From a virus (lineage: Duplodnaviria; Heunggongvirae; Uroviricota; Caudoviricetes), in the IMG/VR virus record IMGVR_UViG_3300048091_000424: a stretch of 64,000 nucleotides of DNA; one strand, 5' to 3'. Every line of letters begins with the position of its first letter. Within the stretch, counting starts at the first letter, position 1. Positions 1 to 9,411 of the stretch are shown here, piece by piece. The position numbers were made by a program, and so were the translations under genes. The notes beneath the pieces were generated by a model. The model had not been told where the DNA came from. It worked only from the letters and a program-made list of their open reading frames with translations, and ran no database searches.

Positions 1-557
1 ACAAGACTGCGGAATGGGGTATTGACGACATTGGTCACAGCGTCGTCATGAAGCTTAATTATTTGCCGACTGTCCCGGTACCGAACAAGCGGTACATCAA
101 AGACACTCACAGCTTCGACGACCTGCTTTCTGCACCGCAGTCAATTCTTGGCCAAGTCGTCGAGGAACTCAAGGATGTGAGTGCTGAGGACTTCGCCCTC
201 GCCCACTTCTGTGCCTTCAAGCAAATTGAGAACCTGGGTTACCACCAACAAGATCTGAGCGGCTTTGATCCCAACCGCTTCGCGCTTAAAGTCATGCAGG
301 CTTATGAGGCATTCAGTACGCCGGTCGGCGTTTATGCCAACGTGGGCAAGCTTGAAATCGACGACATGGCCCGCGAGGGTGCCAAGGCCCTGGTGTCCTT
401 GCTGGTGCGTGAGCATGACTTTGATCACACCGTGTTCAAGAATCTACAATCGCGCAGTGTCGCGATCCTGGCCAGCGCCGGGCTCGACAAGTCCAGGTTA
501 CCGAAAATGAGCTACCAAGACCTTGGGCAGGTGTTCGGTGAAGATCTCGGGTTATGA
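1..557 (+). CDS. 3' part of a DLGL-tail family protein; 5' end lies outside the window
   Basis: The reading frame is open from the window edge, with no in-frame stop from nt 3. GC-rich third codon positions. The protein ends ...DLGQVFGEDLGL*, the same tail as 13 other proteins in this window. Confidence 0.7.
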   Translation, partial: KTAEWGIDDIGHSVVMKLNYLPTVPVPNKRYIKDTHSFDDLLSAPQSILGQVVEELKDVSAEDFALAHFCAFKQIENLGYHQQDLSGFDPNRFALKVMQAYEAFSTPVGVYANVGKLEIDDMAREGAKALVSLLVREHDFDHTVFKNLQSRSVAILASAGLDKSRLPKMSYQDLGQVFGEDLGL

Positions 558-630
558 AATGTGACAATTAAGCATCTATGTTGCTTTGCGATGAATGCGC
601 CAGCTATGCTTGAGAAAAGAGGGGAATCCA

Positions 631-1482
631 ATGCCAATTAGTATCCGCGACGCTTTGAAAAACTGTGAAACCAGGGAAGCCAAGACTCCACTGTTCAGCC
701 TGGACAAGGTGAAGCCACTGGTGGTTCCAGTGACGCTGCTTGCCGTCGGCGCCGCGATCCCATTCGCGCCAGGCCTGGATTCCATGTTCCAGTCCATAGC
801 GGACGTCTCTCAACGGGTGGCTGAAAACACTACGCTGATTGCGCAAAAGCATACCTACCTCCTCTACGCCCTGGGCGGAATTTCCGGTACGGTTGGCCTC
901 ATGCTGTCTGGCGTTGGCTTACTTGAGCACCGCGATAGCCAGAAAGGCATAGAAAAAGCGAAGGGCAAAGAAATCATCGTCGCCACGCAAACCGCCTGGA
1001 CAAGCCTAACCCGCACCAACGATAACCTAGCTCTGCAGCTTGCGAACCGCAAGAACTGGCTGGCCAACACGCTGGGCGATAAGAGCGATCTGACCTCCGA
1101 CATCCTGGCGAATCATGGTCTTGATAAAAAGGATCATGCTGCAATGGCGGAACTTGGTCGTGCCTTCGTCTTTGGCACGCAATACGCCGTGGTCGGCGCC
1201 GATCTGCAAGGCATCAAGTTGGATGTCGACAGCTTGAGCAGCCACCCGAAGACGCAGAACGCCATTGCTGAAGGCATGCTCCAGTACTACAAGAGCAAAT
1301 CTGATGTACCAAACGCCTTGACCACCAGCTTGAAAAGCTTTGTTGGTTTAGAATCCAAGGACAACCATGTGGAACTCTTCCGGCTGGTCAGATCTGGACT
1401 GGAAGCTTTGCGTGACTTGCAGGTAGTGCACAAATCACAGGACAAAACTAGCGATCAGAGCGGCCCGAGCCACGGCATGTAG
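631..1482 (+). CDS. hypothetical protein with a central hydrophobic/Gly-rich segment; paralog of the next gene
   Basis: ATG at 631 is preceded by GAGGGG. The ORF track extends the start to 595. Architecture is similar to 1596..2477. Confidence 0.6.
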   Translation: MPISIRDALKNCETREAKTPLFSLDKVKPLVVPVTLLAVGAAIPFAPGLDSMFQSIADVSQRVAENTTLIAQKHTYLLYALGGISGTVGLMLSGVGLLEHRDSQKGIEKAKGKEIIVATQTAWTSLTRTNDNLALQLANRKNWLANTLGDKSDLTSDILANHGLDKKDHAAMAELGRAFVFGTQYAVVGADLQGIKLDVDSLSSHPKTQNAIAEGMLQYYKSKSDVPNALTTSLKSFVGLESKDNHVELFRLVRSGLEALRDLQVVHKSQDKTSDQSGPSHGM

Positions 1483-1502
1483 GGCTTAACCCCTCAAAAG
1501 AG

Positions 1503-1534
1503 AATCCCGATCTAGGTCGGGATTTTCTATTTCT
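1503..1534 (+). terminator. rho-independent terminator
   Basis: 8-bp stem aatcccga/tcgggatt with a 6-nt loop, followed by ttctatttct. Confidence 0.6.
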
Positions 1535-1595
1535 GAACTGTATCTTTAGCCGAGTATTGCCAGCTAAGATAAAAGAAAAGAGAGAGGATCATCTT

Positions 1596-2477
1596 ATGAA
1601 TACCATCCAATCTGCCCTGCGCAACGTGGTTAGCCGTGAAGCAGAGCGCCTGAAGCAATTCGACTTCAGTAGCGAGAAGATGGATGACGCCATCCACCTC
1701 GTGATCCCCGGCATCTTGTGCGGCATTGCGCTGACCGCTTTAACCATTAAGGCGGGCGGCGTCACTGAGTTGCCGGCTTACACCGCCGCTCACCTGCAGA
1801 CCTGGAAAGATCAGGTCGTAAACTTCGCCATGCAAAACCAGACGGCGTTGACCGCTGCGGGTAGCGTGATCGCAGGTGGTGGTGCGGTCATGTTCCTGAA
1901 AGGTCTGAAGGAGGAAAACGATGAACTACGCGCTCGCTGGCGCCATGCGTTCAATCCGAAGGGCCACGGCGCCGCGTACATCAACGAGGTCGAACAGACC
2001 ACGGATAAGTTGTTGTCCACCCAGCAGAACGTAGTCCGAGAAGTAGCCAGACAAGAAAAATGGGCTGACTTCGCCCTAACGGATCTGAAAGTGACGAACT
2101 TGATGATCCTGCGCACCATGGGGTACGACGTCGCCGCTGATGACCAACTCGCCACCCTACAAGATGCTTACATCTTCGGCGTGAAAAAGGCCTGCGCGGA
2201 TGCCCTGGACACCAAGCGAGACATCATCAATGGCTTCGACCAGCCGAACTATCTGGTCGAGCGCTCCATCATCGAGGGTATGACGGAGTACTTCCGCGCC
2301 ACGGCGGTAAAAGAGCCTGGCCTGGCCGACAAGTTGAAGTTCGTGTTCTTCGGGGATGACGAGATTCTGAAGGATCGAACCAAGGCCTATCAGACGGCGC
2401 ATGCCGGCTACAAGGCGATCAAGAAGATCCGTACCATCACTCCGCAGGAAGCTTCAGCGGATGAGTTCAGCCTCTGA
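1596..2477 (+). CDS. hypothetical protein, paralog of 631..1482
   Basis: ATG at 1596 follows GAGAGAGGA. It shares the same hydrophobic Gly/Ala-rich segment and length class with the upstream gene. Confidence 0.6.
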   Translation: MNTIQSALRNVVSREAERLKQFDFSSEKMDDAIHLVIPGILCGIALTALTIKAGGVTELPAYTAAHLQTWKDQVVNFAMQNQTALTAAGSVIAGGGAVMFLKGLKEENDELRARWRHAFNPKGHGAAYINEVEQTTDKLLSTQQNVVREVARQEKWADFALTDLKVTNLMILRTMGYDVAADDQLATLQDAYIFGVKKACADALDTKRDIINGFDQPNYLVERSIIEGMTEYFRATAVKEPGLADKLKFVFFGDDEILKDRTKAYQTAHAGYKAIKKIRTITPQEASADEFSL

Positions 2478-2485
2478 CCAAAACG

Positions 2486-2510
2486 CCGCCCTCGCCTTGC
2501 GTGAGGGCGG
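2486..2510. terminator. bidirectional hairpin between convergent genes
   Basis: ccgccctc / gagggcgg forms an 8-bp stem with a 9-nt loop. The T-tract is stronger on the minus strand (cgttttgg). Confidence 0.45.
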
Positions 2511-2522
2511 TGTCCTTTAGGC

Positions 2523-2798
2523 TCAGGCCTCGATCTGAGCAATCTGATCGACGCAGTTTTCGACCACGCCAATGAACTCCATGACTGCCTCAATGTGCAG
2601 CGGGCTCGTGTCGGCCAACATCAGCACGATATCTTGCAGGTAAACGGCAACCCGATCATTCAGCCCACCCAGGGCGACCAAGTCTTCCTTCGGCAGCTTT
2701 TTCATCGAGAGCGTATTGAGCTTGGTGGCACCATCGTTCAGCTCAAGAATGAGCTTGGTGAGTTTTTCGCGAGCGATTGGGCTGAGATCTTCAGTCAT
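2523..2798 (-). CDS. hypothetical small acidic protein (91 aa)
   Basis: Clean ORF whose codon usage is consistent with its neighbours. It sits convergent to the upstream pair and shares their terminator. Confidence 0.5.
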   Translation of the reverse strand: MTEDLSPIAREKLTKLILELNDGATKLNTLSMKKLPKEDLVALGGLNDRVAVYLQDIVLMLADTSPLHIEAVMEFIGVVENCVDQIAQIEA

Positions 2799-2902
2799 GG
2801 AAAGGCCTTGGAGAGTTTATTGAACCACACCTCACAATATCTCCCTGCCTGACATCACTCAAGACAAATTTGTCTTCGTGATCCCATAACGATTTGCAAT
2901 AA

Positions 2903-3493
2903 TTGCCGCACTCATCTACGCGAGAGCTCATCGTGGTTGTTCTCAAAACGCTGCCTGCACTGATCCTACTCGCCTGCCTTCAGTTCTTCTCGCCTTCCCC
3001 GGCTGAGGCACAGACGCTCGACTGGAAAACCAACCTGTTGAACCAGGATCGCTGCCTTACGCTAACGCGGGTGAAGTCCAAAGAGACCCGGCGTTTTTGC
3101 TACTGGCGAAAAAACAGTGGCCTGGATCGCCAGGGCTACAGCATGGCCAACTGGATGCTCCGCGATGTGGACTACAACGCGGTTGTGTACATGGATCCCA
3201 CACTACTAGACACCTTGTTCATCATCCAACAGTGGTTGATCCTCGAAGGTCGCAATGGCGAAATTCATGTTCTTTCAGGTTACCGGACTCCGGAACACAA
3301 CAAACGCACGAAGGGGTCGGCGAAAAACTCGCAACACATGCGCGGAACGGCCACGGATCTGCACGTACCGGGCGTCTCTACAAAATTGCTTGCCGCGATG
3401 GGTCGGGTGATCGGCGCCGGTGGCGTGGGTATCTACATCAAAAACAATTTCGTCCATGTCGACACGGCAGGTGTTCGTGTCTGGGCCGGTTGA
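2903..3493 (+). CDS. YcbK/DUF882 family protein (peptidase M15A-like), with signal peptide
   Basis: N-terminal signal peptide LPALILLACLQFFSPSPAEA. The core SGYRTPEHNKRTKGSAKNSQHMRGTATDL...GVGIY...FVHVDTAG matches the YcbK/DUF882 consensus. Confidence 0.75.
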   Translation: MPHSSTRELIVVVLKTLPALILLACLQFFSPSPAEAQTLDWKTNLLNQDRCLTLTRVKSKETRRFCYWRKNSGLDRQGYSMANWMLRDVDYNAVVYMDPTLLDTLFIIQQWLILEGRNGEIHVLSGYRTPEHNKRTKGSAKNSQHMRGTATDLHVPGVSTKLLAAMGRVIGAGGVGIYIKNNFVHVDTAGVRVWAG

Positions 3494-3627
3494 ACACCCC
3501 TTTAATATATGAGCTTTCAACAATTTAATTGGGTGTAATACCCCATAGAAAGAGTCTAGCTTCCAAATACAGAACCGACGAATAACCTCAACTTTGTTCT
3601 CTAAGTAGTTGATTTGACTCTTTCTTA

Positions 3628-4164
3628 TTGCAAGAATGCGGGAAATCTATGCGCCATTTGTTTGCTGGACGGCCTCTATTAGTTGACCTGATCATGGTGA
3701 CTTACGGTTTCTACCTGGAGTATCTGTGTTTGATGGCCTTGCCTTCATACCTGATCTATCTCTGTCTTTACCAGATGCCATCCGAGGCCAAGCTCACTCA
3801 TTTCCTTGCTGAGAACAAGCTACGTTATTGCGATCAGGCGCAGCGGACTTACCCTTGGCGCATGGCCCTGTACAAAATCACACCTAAGACCTCCGGCACC
3901 GACTTGACGTTCCACTATGCATTGGAACTGAATGCAGGGCCCTGGTTTTGGCCGCGCTGGCGCAAAATCTTCGTCGCCAAGGCGGACACTGCCAATCACT
4001 TTCTAAAGAGTGTCCCCTCTTCACTGCGACCCCATATGCTGCCAGCCCAAAGAATTCCGAACCACGTGTACGTCGATGGCGTTCGCCAAAGTCTGCATAT
4101 GGGTGCATTCACCATTGGCCTAGTGCTGTTGTTGAACGTCAGCATTCTCTGGCTTTATTTCTGA
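3628..4164 (+). CDS. hypothetical membrane protein
   Basis: 178-aa ORF with hydrophobic N- and C-terminal segments. I recognise no motif. Confidence 0.4.
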   Translation: MQECGKSMRHLFAGRPLLVDLIMVTYGFYLEYLCLMALPSYLIYLCLYQMPSEAKLTHFLAENKLRYCDQAQRTYPWRMALYKITPKTSGTDLTFHYALELNAGPWFWPRWRKIFVAKADTANHFLKSVPSSLRPHMLPAQRIPNHVYVDGVRQSLHMGAFTIGLVLLLNVSILWLYF

Positions 4165-4232
4165 GTCATCGGTCACGTAAAATTGACTGCTGGCTCGACC
4201 GCCTTTTTCAGACAAAATGACCTGAGGTTTTA

Positions 4233-4799
4233 ATGAGCATCAAACCAGACAAGTGGATCCGCCGCATGGCGCAGGAACACGGCATGATCGAGCCTTTCGT
4301 TGAGCGCCAGGTACGCGGCAGCGAAGATAGCCGCTTGATCTCCTACGGCGTGTCGAGCTACGGCTACGATGTACGCTGCACCACTCACTTCAAGGTGTTT
4401 ACCAACATCAATTCAGCAGTCGTCGATCCCAAGGCCTTCGATGAAGGCAGCTTCGTCGACGTTCACAGCGACGTGTGCATCATTCCACCGAACTCCTTCG
4501 CCTTGGCCAGCACCGTCGAATATTTCCGCATTCCGCGCAATGTGCTGACCGTATGCCTGGGCAAGAGCACCTACGCCCGCTGCGGCATTATCGTCAACGT
4601 GACGCCGCTTGAGCCCGAATGGGAAGGCCATGTGACTCTGGAGTTCTCCAACACGACCACGCTGCCGGCGAAGATCTACGCCAACGAGGGCGTGGCTCAG
4701 ATGCTGTTCTTCGAATCCGACGAAGACTGTGAAGTGTCGTACAAGGATCGTGGCGGTAAGTACCAGGGCCAACGTGGCGTCACCCTACCTCGCACCTGA
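4233..4799 (+). CDS. dcd: dCTP deaminase
   Basis: [22 protein letters not shown]... and the rest of the protein are near-identical in pattern to the Pseudomonas/E. coli Dcd family. Length is 188 aa. Confidence 0.92.
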   Translation: MSIKPDKWIRRMAQEHGMIEPFVERQVRGSEDSRLISYGVSSYGYDVRCTTHFKVFTNINSAVVDPKAFDEGSFVDVHSDVCIIPPNSFALASTVEYFRIPRNVLTVCLGKSTYARCGIIVNVTPLEPEWEGHVTLEFSNTTTLPAKIYANEGVAQMLFFESDEDCEVSYKDRGGKYQGQRGVTLPRT

Positions 4800-4813
4800 T
4801 ATGCACCCATGAA

Positions 4814-4840
4814 AAAGGACGAGCTTGCTCGTCCTTTTTG
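4814..4840 (+). terminator. rho-independent terminator of dcd
   Basis: aggacgag-cttg-ctcgtcct followed by ttttt. Confidence 0.7.
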
Positions 4841-5226
4841 CTGCCTGCTACTCCACGGTCAAAGATTGTCGCTAAGCCATGGTGTAACTGATTTGTTTGG
4901 CTAGCCGCTGCCTAGCCTGCCACTACTTGCCTGTTATCGGCTGACCATGACGGGTGCCTCGCGGGCCTCTTCTGGTTTTTAAGAGCGAGGAAGCTTTTGC
5001 ACACTCTTGAATGCCAGAATTTCATATTTTACGAGCGTGAGGCATTCACACGCTCGTGGTCATTCTAGCTCCCTCCGATTTTCACCGTCAATTTATGCAC
5101 ATTAAATACTTTATGAATTTGCGAATGTTGACTTGCATGTAAGCCTCCAGAGGCTTACAATTCATTCCATAGGGAGGCGGTTAAACGCTGTCCCAGATGG
5201 CTCAATTCGACAATTAATAGGAAAAA

Positions 5227-6120
5227 ATGATGAAACTACGGACACTTACAAGCAGCGTCGCGGTGGTATTGGCTATGGCCTGTTCTTCTGGCGAAGCCAG
5301 GAGCCTCATGGACTTGATCCCGTCCCCGTACCAGCAGGGTTCCCGCAGCGAACAGCATGAGTCGCGTCAAAGTTCGTTGAGCCAAAGCGAGGCGCTGTCG
5401 CTGTACTCCACCCGCCAGCAACAAAACTCGTTTGACGACTGCGCTGACAAGTTTCCGCAAAACCGTCCGATCTCGATGGCCAGTGTGTCGCCCAAGATGA
5501 AGCCGATGGCACTGTGCTCTGACAACTTCGCCGTCCTCTACTCGCAAACCAGCAAAACCCCGATGGTGGTGGTTGAGCGCCTGAACTCCGCCCTGCTGCG
5601 CGACGCCAAAGGCGAAGAACGCACCAACGCCTTCTACCCGGATCCGCGCATTCCTAAAGGCGCCCGTGCCGAGCTCTCGGATTACCGTGGATCGAACCTT
5701 GACCGTGGTCACCAGTCGCCAGCAGCGGATGCCCCGGATCAAAAGGCCATGGCGCAGTCGTTCGCCCTGTCGAACATGATCCCGCAAGACCCGAACAACA
5801 ACCGTAAAATCTGGAGCAAGGTTGAGAAGGACGTGCGCAAGTACGCCCAGCGCGTTGACGGTAACGTCTTCGTGTTCACCGGCCCGCTGTATGACCAAGG
5901 TTTCCAGACCATCGGTGAGAACAAGGTGTGGGTGCCTACCCGCCTGTTCAAGCTGGTCTACGACGAAAAGACACAACGTGCCTGGGCCTATGTACTGAGC
6001 AACGGTAACACGCCGATTCAGAAACCGATGGATTATGACAGCTTCGTCAAACTCACGGGCCTGCAGTTGCTGGGCAACCTGCCGGTCTCTGGCAGTGTAG
6101 GCCGCGTGACCTCGATCTAA
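5227..6120 (+). CDS. secreted DNA/RNA non-specific endonuclease (Serratia-nuclease family)
   Basis: Signal/lipoprotein-like N-terminus (VLAMACSS). LDRGHQSPAAD contains the DRGH catalytic motif, and the downstream sequence (ALSNMIPQDPNNN) matches the family's conserved Asn motif (NM...Q). Confidence 0.75.
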   Translation: MMKLRTLTSSVAVVLAMACSSGEARSLMDLIPSPYQQGSRSEQHESRQSSLSQSEALSLYSTRQQQNSFDDCADKFPQNRPISMASVSPKMKPMALCSDNFAVLYSQTSKTPMVVVERLNSALLRDAKGEERTNAFYPDPRIPKGARAELSDYRGSNLDRGHQSPAADAPDQKAMAQSFALSNMIPQDPNNNRKIWSKVEKDVRKYAQRVDGNVFVFTGPLYDQGFQTIGENKVWVPTRLFKLVYDEKTQRAWAYVLSNGNTPIQKPMDYDSFVKLTGLQLLGNLPVSGSVGRVTSI

Positions 6121-6236
6121 ATCGAGTCGGCTGAATATGGGTGGCCTCAGGGCCGCCCATTTTTGTTCACGTCCTTCGGATCTTCCAGGATGGCGCTACG
6201 CTTGAACCACAGACAATTTTGTTCAGGAAATACAGC

Positions 6237-6449
6237 ATGACCATGACATTGGTACAATTCGAGACCATCGTAACGGTGTTAGGCGGAACGCTTGATTGTC
6301 CATCCAATCTTGCTGCACGACGGGTCTTGGTAGATGGAGTGACCCAAGCTGACGCCATGCGTGAATGTGGCATCAAACGAGGCACGGTGAACAAGGCCGT
6401 ACGCCGCTATGAGAAAGTTCATGCAAGCCTTCTTGCCGCATACTGCTAA
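6237..6449 (+). CDS. KorA/TrfB-like small HTH transcriptional repressor
   Basis: RVLVDGVTQADAMRECGIKRGTVNKAVRRY parallels KorA GVLVDGKPQATFATSLGLTRGAVSQAVHRV. ATG at 6237 is preceded by AGGA. The track ORF starts at 6141. Confidence 0.5.
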   Translation: MTMTLVQFETIVTVLGGTLDCPSNLAARRVLVDGVTQADAMRECGIKRGTVNKAVRRYEKVHASLLAAYC

Positions 6450-6597
6450 AACCCCAGAGAAGCCGGCAAGCGGGCCTCCTCAGCCACTCTCAGCGGCGCT
6501 GCGCAACAAATCCAAGCAGACTACCAAAAGAGCGACGAAGTCGCCTCAGAGCCACTACAAGGCGCTGATTGATTTCCAAAACTAACATTCAGACAAC

Positions 6598-6624
6598 AAA
6601 AAGCCGCTCCGTAGAGCGGCTTTG
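6598..6624 (-). terminator. terminator for the minus-strand membrane-protein gene
   Basis: aagccgctc-cgta-gagcggctt, with TTTTT on the minus strand. Confidence 0.6.
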
Positions 6625-6645
6625 GCAGTCCAGTTACCACCGGCG

Positions 6646-7413
6646 CTAATCGTGTTCGCCCTTAGTGTCACTGCCGTCAACGAACAACTGATACCGCTGA
6701 ATGATGGTGATGTTCAACGGCAGGCCCTTGGCCAGGCTTTCATCAAAATGACTCAGGGTGGATGGCGTGTACAGACCCTTGGTCTTTTCGAGGTACAGCG
6801 CCAGTTCTGCCCCGCTAATGTCTTTGACCAAGATCATGTTGATCAGTCGGTTAAATTCAAACACCTGCAGGGACAACAATCCGCTGACCACGACCACCCA
6901 GACCAACAGCATTACCGGAGCCGCCAATAGCACCGAAATCATCAAGAGGAACTGAATCAGCACGAACTTCGCAATGAAGAACAGGAACAAGCTGACTGAC
7001 ATTTTCTGCACATTCTTTTCGTCAAAGCCTTCCTTGTACAGCTTCACCAACTCCTGCCCCTGGAAGAGTGTGTAGATCAGCATCCCGAGGAAAGCAGGAA
7101 TCATCAATACCAGAATATTGGTCAGTTCAGTCCACGCCATCGAGCAGAACAACACCACCGCCGTGAGGCCCATCAACCCCACCAAACCTTTGCCAATCAG
7201 GTCGACATCGATCAGGCGCACCCGAGTCTCATTGATCGAGCGGCCAATAAGATCACTCAACACATGCTGAAAGTAGTCGATGTTCTTGTCGCGCACGCTC
7301 TGCAGCTGCGTGGCGGTCAGTGGCTGATTGTGTGGCATGAAGTGGTTGAAGCGGTTGCTCAGAATGAGGTCGAGCAGATAACCAACGAATAGCCGGTACA
7401 GAGATATCAGCAT
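6646..7413 (-). CDS. hypothetical polytopic membrane protein
   Basis: 255 aa with several long hydrophobic segments. Confidence 0.6.
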   Translation of the reverse strand: MLISLYRLFVGYLLDLILSNRFNHFMPHNQPLTATQLQSVRDKNIDYFQHVLSDLIGRSINETRVRLIDVDLIGKGLVGLMGLTAVVLFCSMAWTELTNILVLMIPAFLGMLIYTLFQGQELVKLYKEGFDEKNVQKMSVSLFLFFIAKFVLIQFLLMISVLLAAPVMLLVWVVVVSGLLSLQVFEFNRLINMILVKDISGAELALYLEKTKGLYTPSTLSHFDESLAKGLPLNITIIQRYQLFVDGSDTKGEHD

Positions 7414-7476
7414 GCTCTTGCTTTCCGTTTCGGGGGCGAATATGAATATCTTATCATGTGAAGATCGAAGGTATCT

Positions 7477-8361
7477 TCAAGATTCCAGTGAAAGTTCACC
7501 GATAAATTCGCGCCAGGCCACCTTGCCCACGGCATCGAATAACCTCAAGGCGTGACAGGCGTAGAGACCTGATGTTGAGAACGCATTAAGCTCAACGACC
7601 TTTGGCTCGCCGGCGAACAGGCCAACATCACAGGTGTACGCCAGGTCAACCTGCCACGGTAGTGCCGCGACCTGCTGTGCGACCTCAAGACACAGCTTAC
7701 TCACCACCGGATCAATACTGCGCTGCCCATTTACATGGTAGCGACTGCCGGTGACCACCTTCCCTTCGACAATGAAGAACCGGTATTCAGCGCGAATGCT
7801 TTGGGCTGGCGCAATCAATACACGGGTATCGTCTGTGACCGAGGTCAGTTGGCGAAGACTGTTGATCTCAACCCCTGCGGTTTCCTGTTCCAGGCATAGC
7901 CCGGTGAACGTCTTTCCTCCTGAGTCAGGTCGGACAAACAGGCGGCTGTCGCCGAAGAGTCGATATATCTGATCACGCCTGCGCACGAAATCACCGAACG
8001 GCAGGTACACCCCTTCTGCATTGCCCAGGAGCTCCAAGGGTAAGCGAGGCATGTAGTGGGAGCACGCCAGGCGATCCTTGGTGTAGTAGGCGCCGGGAAT
8101 GGCGTTTGAGTTACGCAGGCGCTGTTCAACGAACCCAATGCTGCCGTAGAGCACGATGCATTCATCGGCGCTGTAAGCTCGTAGGGGCTCTCTGTACGTA
8201 TCACGGCAGTACTCGGTCACCTCAACGGTGTAACCTAGCCTGCGCAGCGCCATGGGTAGCCTGACGTGGGGTGTGTCGGCGAGCATCCCCTGATCTATGA
8301 CAAAGGTGACCGAGCCACGGCCACGATTCGCCAAGGGTTGCGGCGGGATCACGGGGCGCAT
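7477..8361 (-). CDS. ATP-grasp domain protein
   Basis: ...EYRFFIVEGKVVTGSRY..., plus the C-terminal ...VVELNAFSTSGLY... segment, is typical of ATP-grasp ligases. Its start overlaps the stop of the small upstream ORF. Confidence 0.6.
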   Translation of the reverse strand: MRPVIPPQPLANRGRGSVTFVIDQGMLADTPHVRLPMALRRLGYTVEVTEYCRDTYREPLRAYSADECIVLYGSIGFVEQRLRNSNAIPGAYYTKDRLACSHYMPRLPLELLGNAEGVYLPFGDFVRRRDQIYRLFGDSRLFVRPDSGGKTFTGLCLEQETAGVEINSLRQLTSVTDDTRVLIAPAQSIRAEYRFFIVEGKVVTGSRYHVNGQRSIDPVVSKLCLEVAQQVAALPWQVDLAYTCDVGLFAGEPKVVELNAFSTSGLYACHALRLFDAVGKVAWREFIGELSLES

Positions 8362-8529
8362 TTTACAGCGTCCCGAGACACCCTATTCATTTCCGGCGTG
8401 GCAAACATCAGGCTGCCGACGAACACGACAGCCATTTCCTGACCCACACTGCAACCACCGGTGGCCGGCGTGCTACAGCCTGTGCAAGTCGCCAGAAACA
8501 GGCAACCCAAGAGAAAATGGCGCATCATG
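8350..8529 (-). CDS. small Cys-rich secreted/lipoprotein-like peptide (59 aa), not in the ORF track
   Basis: Reverse-strand ORF encoding MMRHFLLGCLFLATCTGCSTPATGGCSVGQEMAVVFVGSLMFATPEMNRVSRDAVKCAP*. It has a signal-like N-terminus with LLGC/LATC. It lies exactly between the PTH2-like gene and the ATP-grasp gene, with its stop at 8350..8352 next to the ATP-grasp start. Confidence 0.45.
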
Positions 8530-8534
8530 CCCCC

Positions 8535-9278
8535 TTAAATCAGCTTCAACCCAGCGGTTAGATGACTGATATTGTCCAGAAACTCGGGGCCGACCGCCAG
8601 CATTTTCACACCGTCCAGTTCAACCAGCGAGGTCGTCGAGCCCATGGCATCAAACTGACCCTGCAGGTCTAGCAATACCTCGTCCGTGGCCACACTCAAA
8701 GAAATCTTGGTGTACCCGTTTTTGATCCAGGAATCAAAAGCGATGTTGGTGTGGCTGGAGATCAGGAACTGCTTGAAGTCCGACTGCGTGTCCGGCTCCA
8801 GCATTTTTGCCATCTGACTCAGGCAACCGATGGCAGCCAGGGCGCAGACGGTTTCCTTCTTCATCGTTCTCGAACGGCTGAAAATGAAGTACTGCCGAGC
8901 TCTGCGTTCAGAGCCTTGTTCTGCGCAGTCGTATGGGGCGTCTTCCCATTTTTCGGAGAAGATCCCGTTGGCCGCGCAGGTGACGGTCTTAACGCCTTTG
9001 AATTCGGTCGCGCCGTTGTCAATGACCTTCTGACCGTCGTCGGCTTGGCCCATAAACGTCTGAACAGCAGCCTCCTCGACAACAAAGCCGAAGTCGACGT
9101 CTGGTGCAGCCAGGAAATTTGTGAGGGTGTTCATCTTCGCGTTGGACAAGCGCAGACCGTCTTTGCTCGGTCTCATGTGGCTGGCTAGCACTTTCATCGC
9201 GGCGTGGCCTGATTGGGAGGCCATCTTTCCCATGCGCATATTCAGATCGCTGCGCATTACGATCCTAAGCTTTCTCAT
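8535..9278 (-). CDS. PTH2-like (peptidyl-tRNA hydrolase 2 fold) domain protein with an insertion
   Basis: N-terminal KLRIVMRSDLNMRMGKMASQSGHAAMK resembles the PTH2 motif (VVRTDLxMGKGKIAAQCSHAA). The C-terminal end, ...TSLVELDGVKMLAVGP, resembles the PTH2 C-terminal strand. Confidence 0.5.
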   Translation of the reverse strand: MRKLRIVMRSDLNMRMGKMASQSGHAAMKVLASHMRPSKDGLRLSNAKMNTLTNFLAAPDVDFGFVVEEAAVQTFMGQADDGQKVIDNGATEFKGVKTVTCAANGIFSEKWEDAPYDCAEQGSERRARQYFIFSRSRTMKKETVCALAAIGCLSQMAKMLEPDTQSDFKQFLISSHTNIAFDSWIKNGYTKISLSVATDEVLLDLQGQFDAMGSTTSLVELDGVKMLAVGPEFLDNISHLTAGLKLI

Positions 9279-9411
9279 TTTTTCCGTATCAGGTGAAGTG
9301 CATCGCCGGTCATTCCGAGCGACTTAAGGCTGGCAATTTATCATCAATATTATATAACTGCAAGCGTTGCCTGCAGTTTCTCCAGGTTTTGTTGTGGGTA
9401 ATCACCTGACT

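Noticed and set aside
5236-5976. 246-aa minus-strand ORF inside the nuclease gene. The same applies to 13606..14148, 45265..45894, 49107..49715, 55624..56181, 58026..58625, 58877..59944, 36405..36785 and 3097..3528.
   Set aside because: All are fully embedded in, or antisense to, better-supported genes with recognisable motifs. Low-complexity R/G/A/H-rich translations.
8297-8569. 90-aa plus-strand ORF opposite the small Cys-rich peptide gene
   Set aside because: It is antisense to the better-supported 59-aa minus-strand ORF, which sits in operon context between two minus-strand genes.
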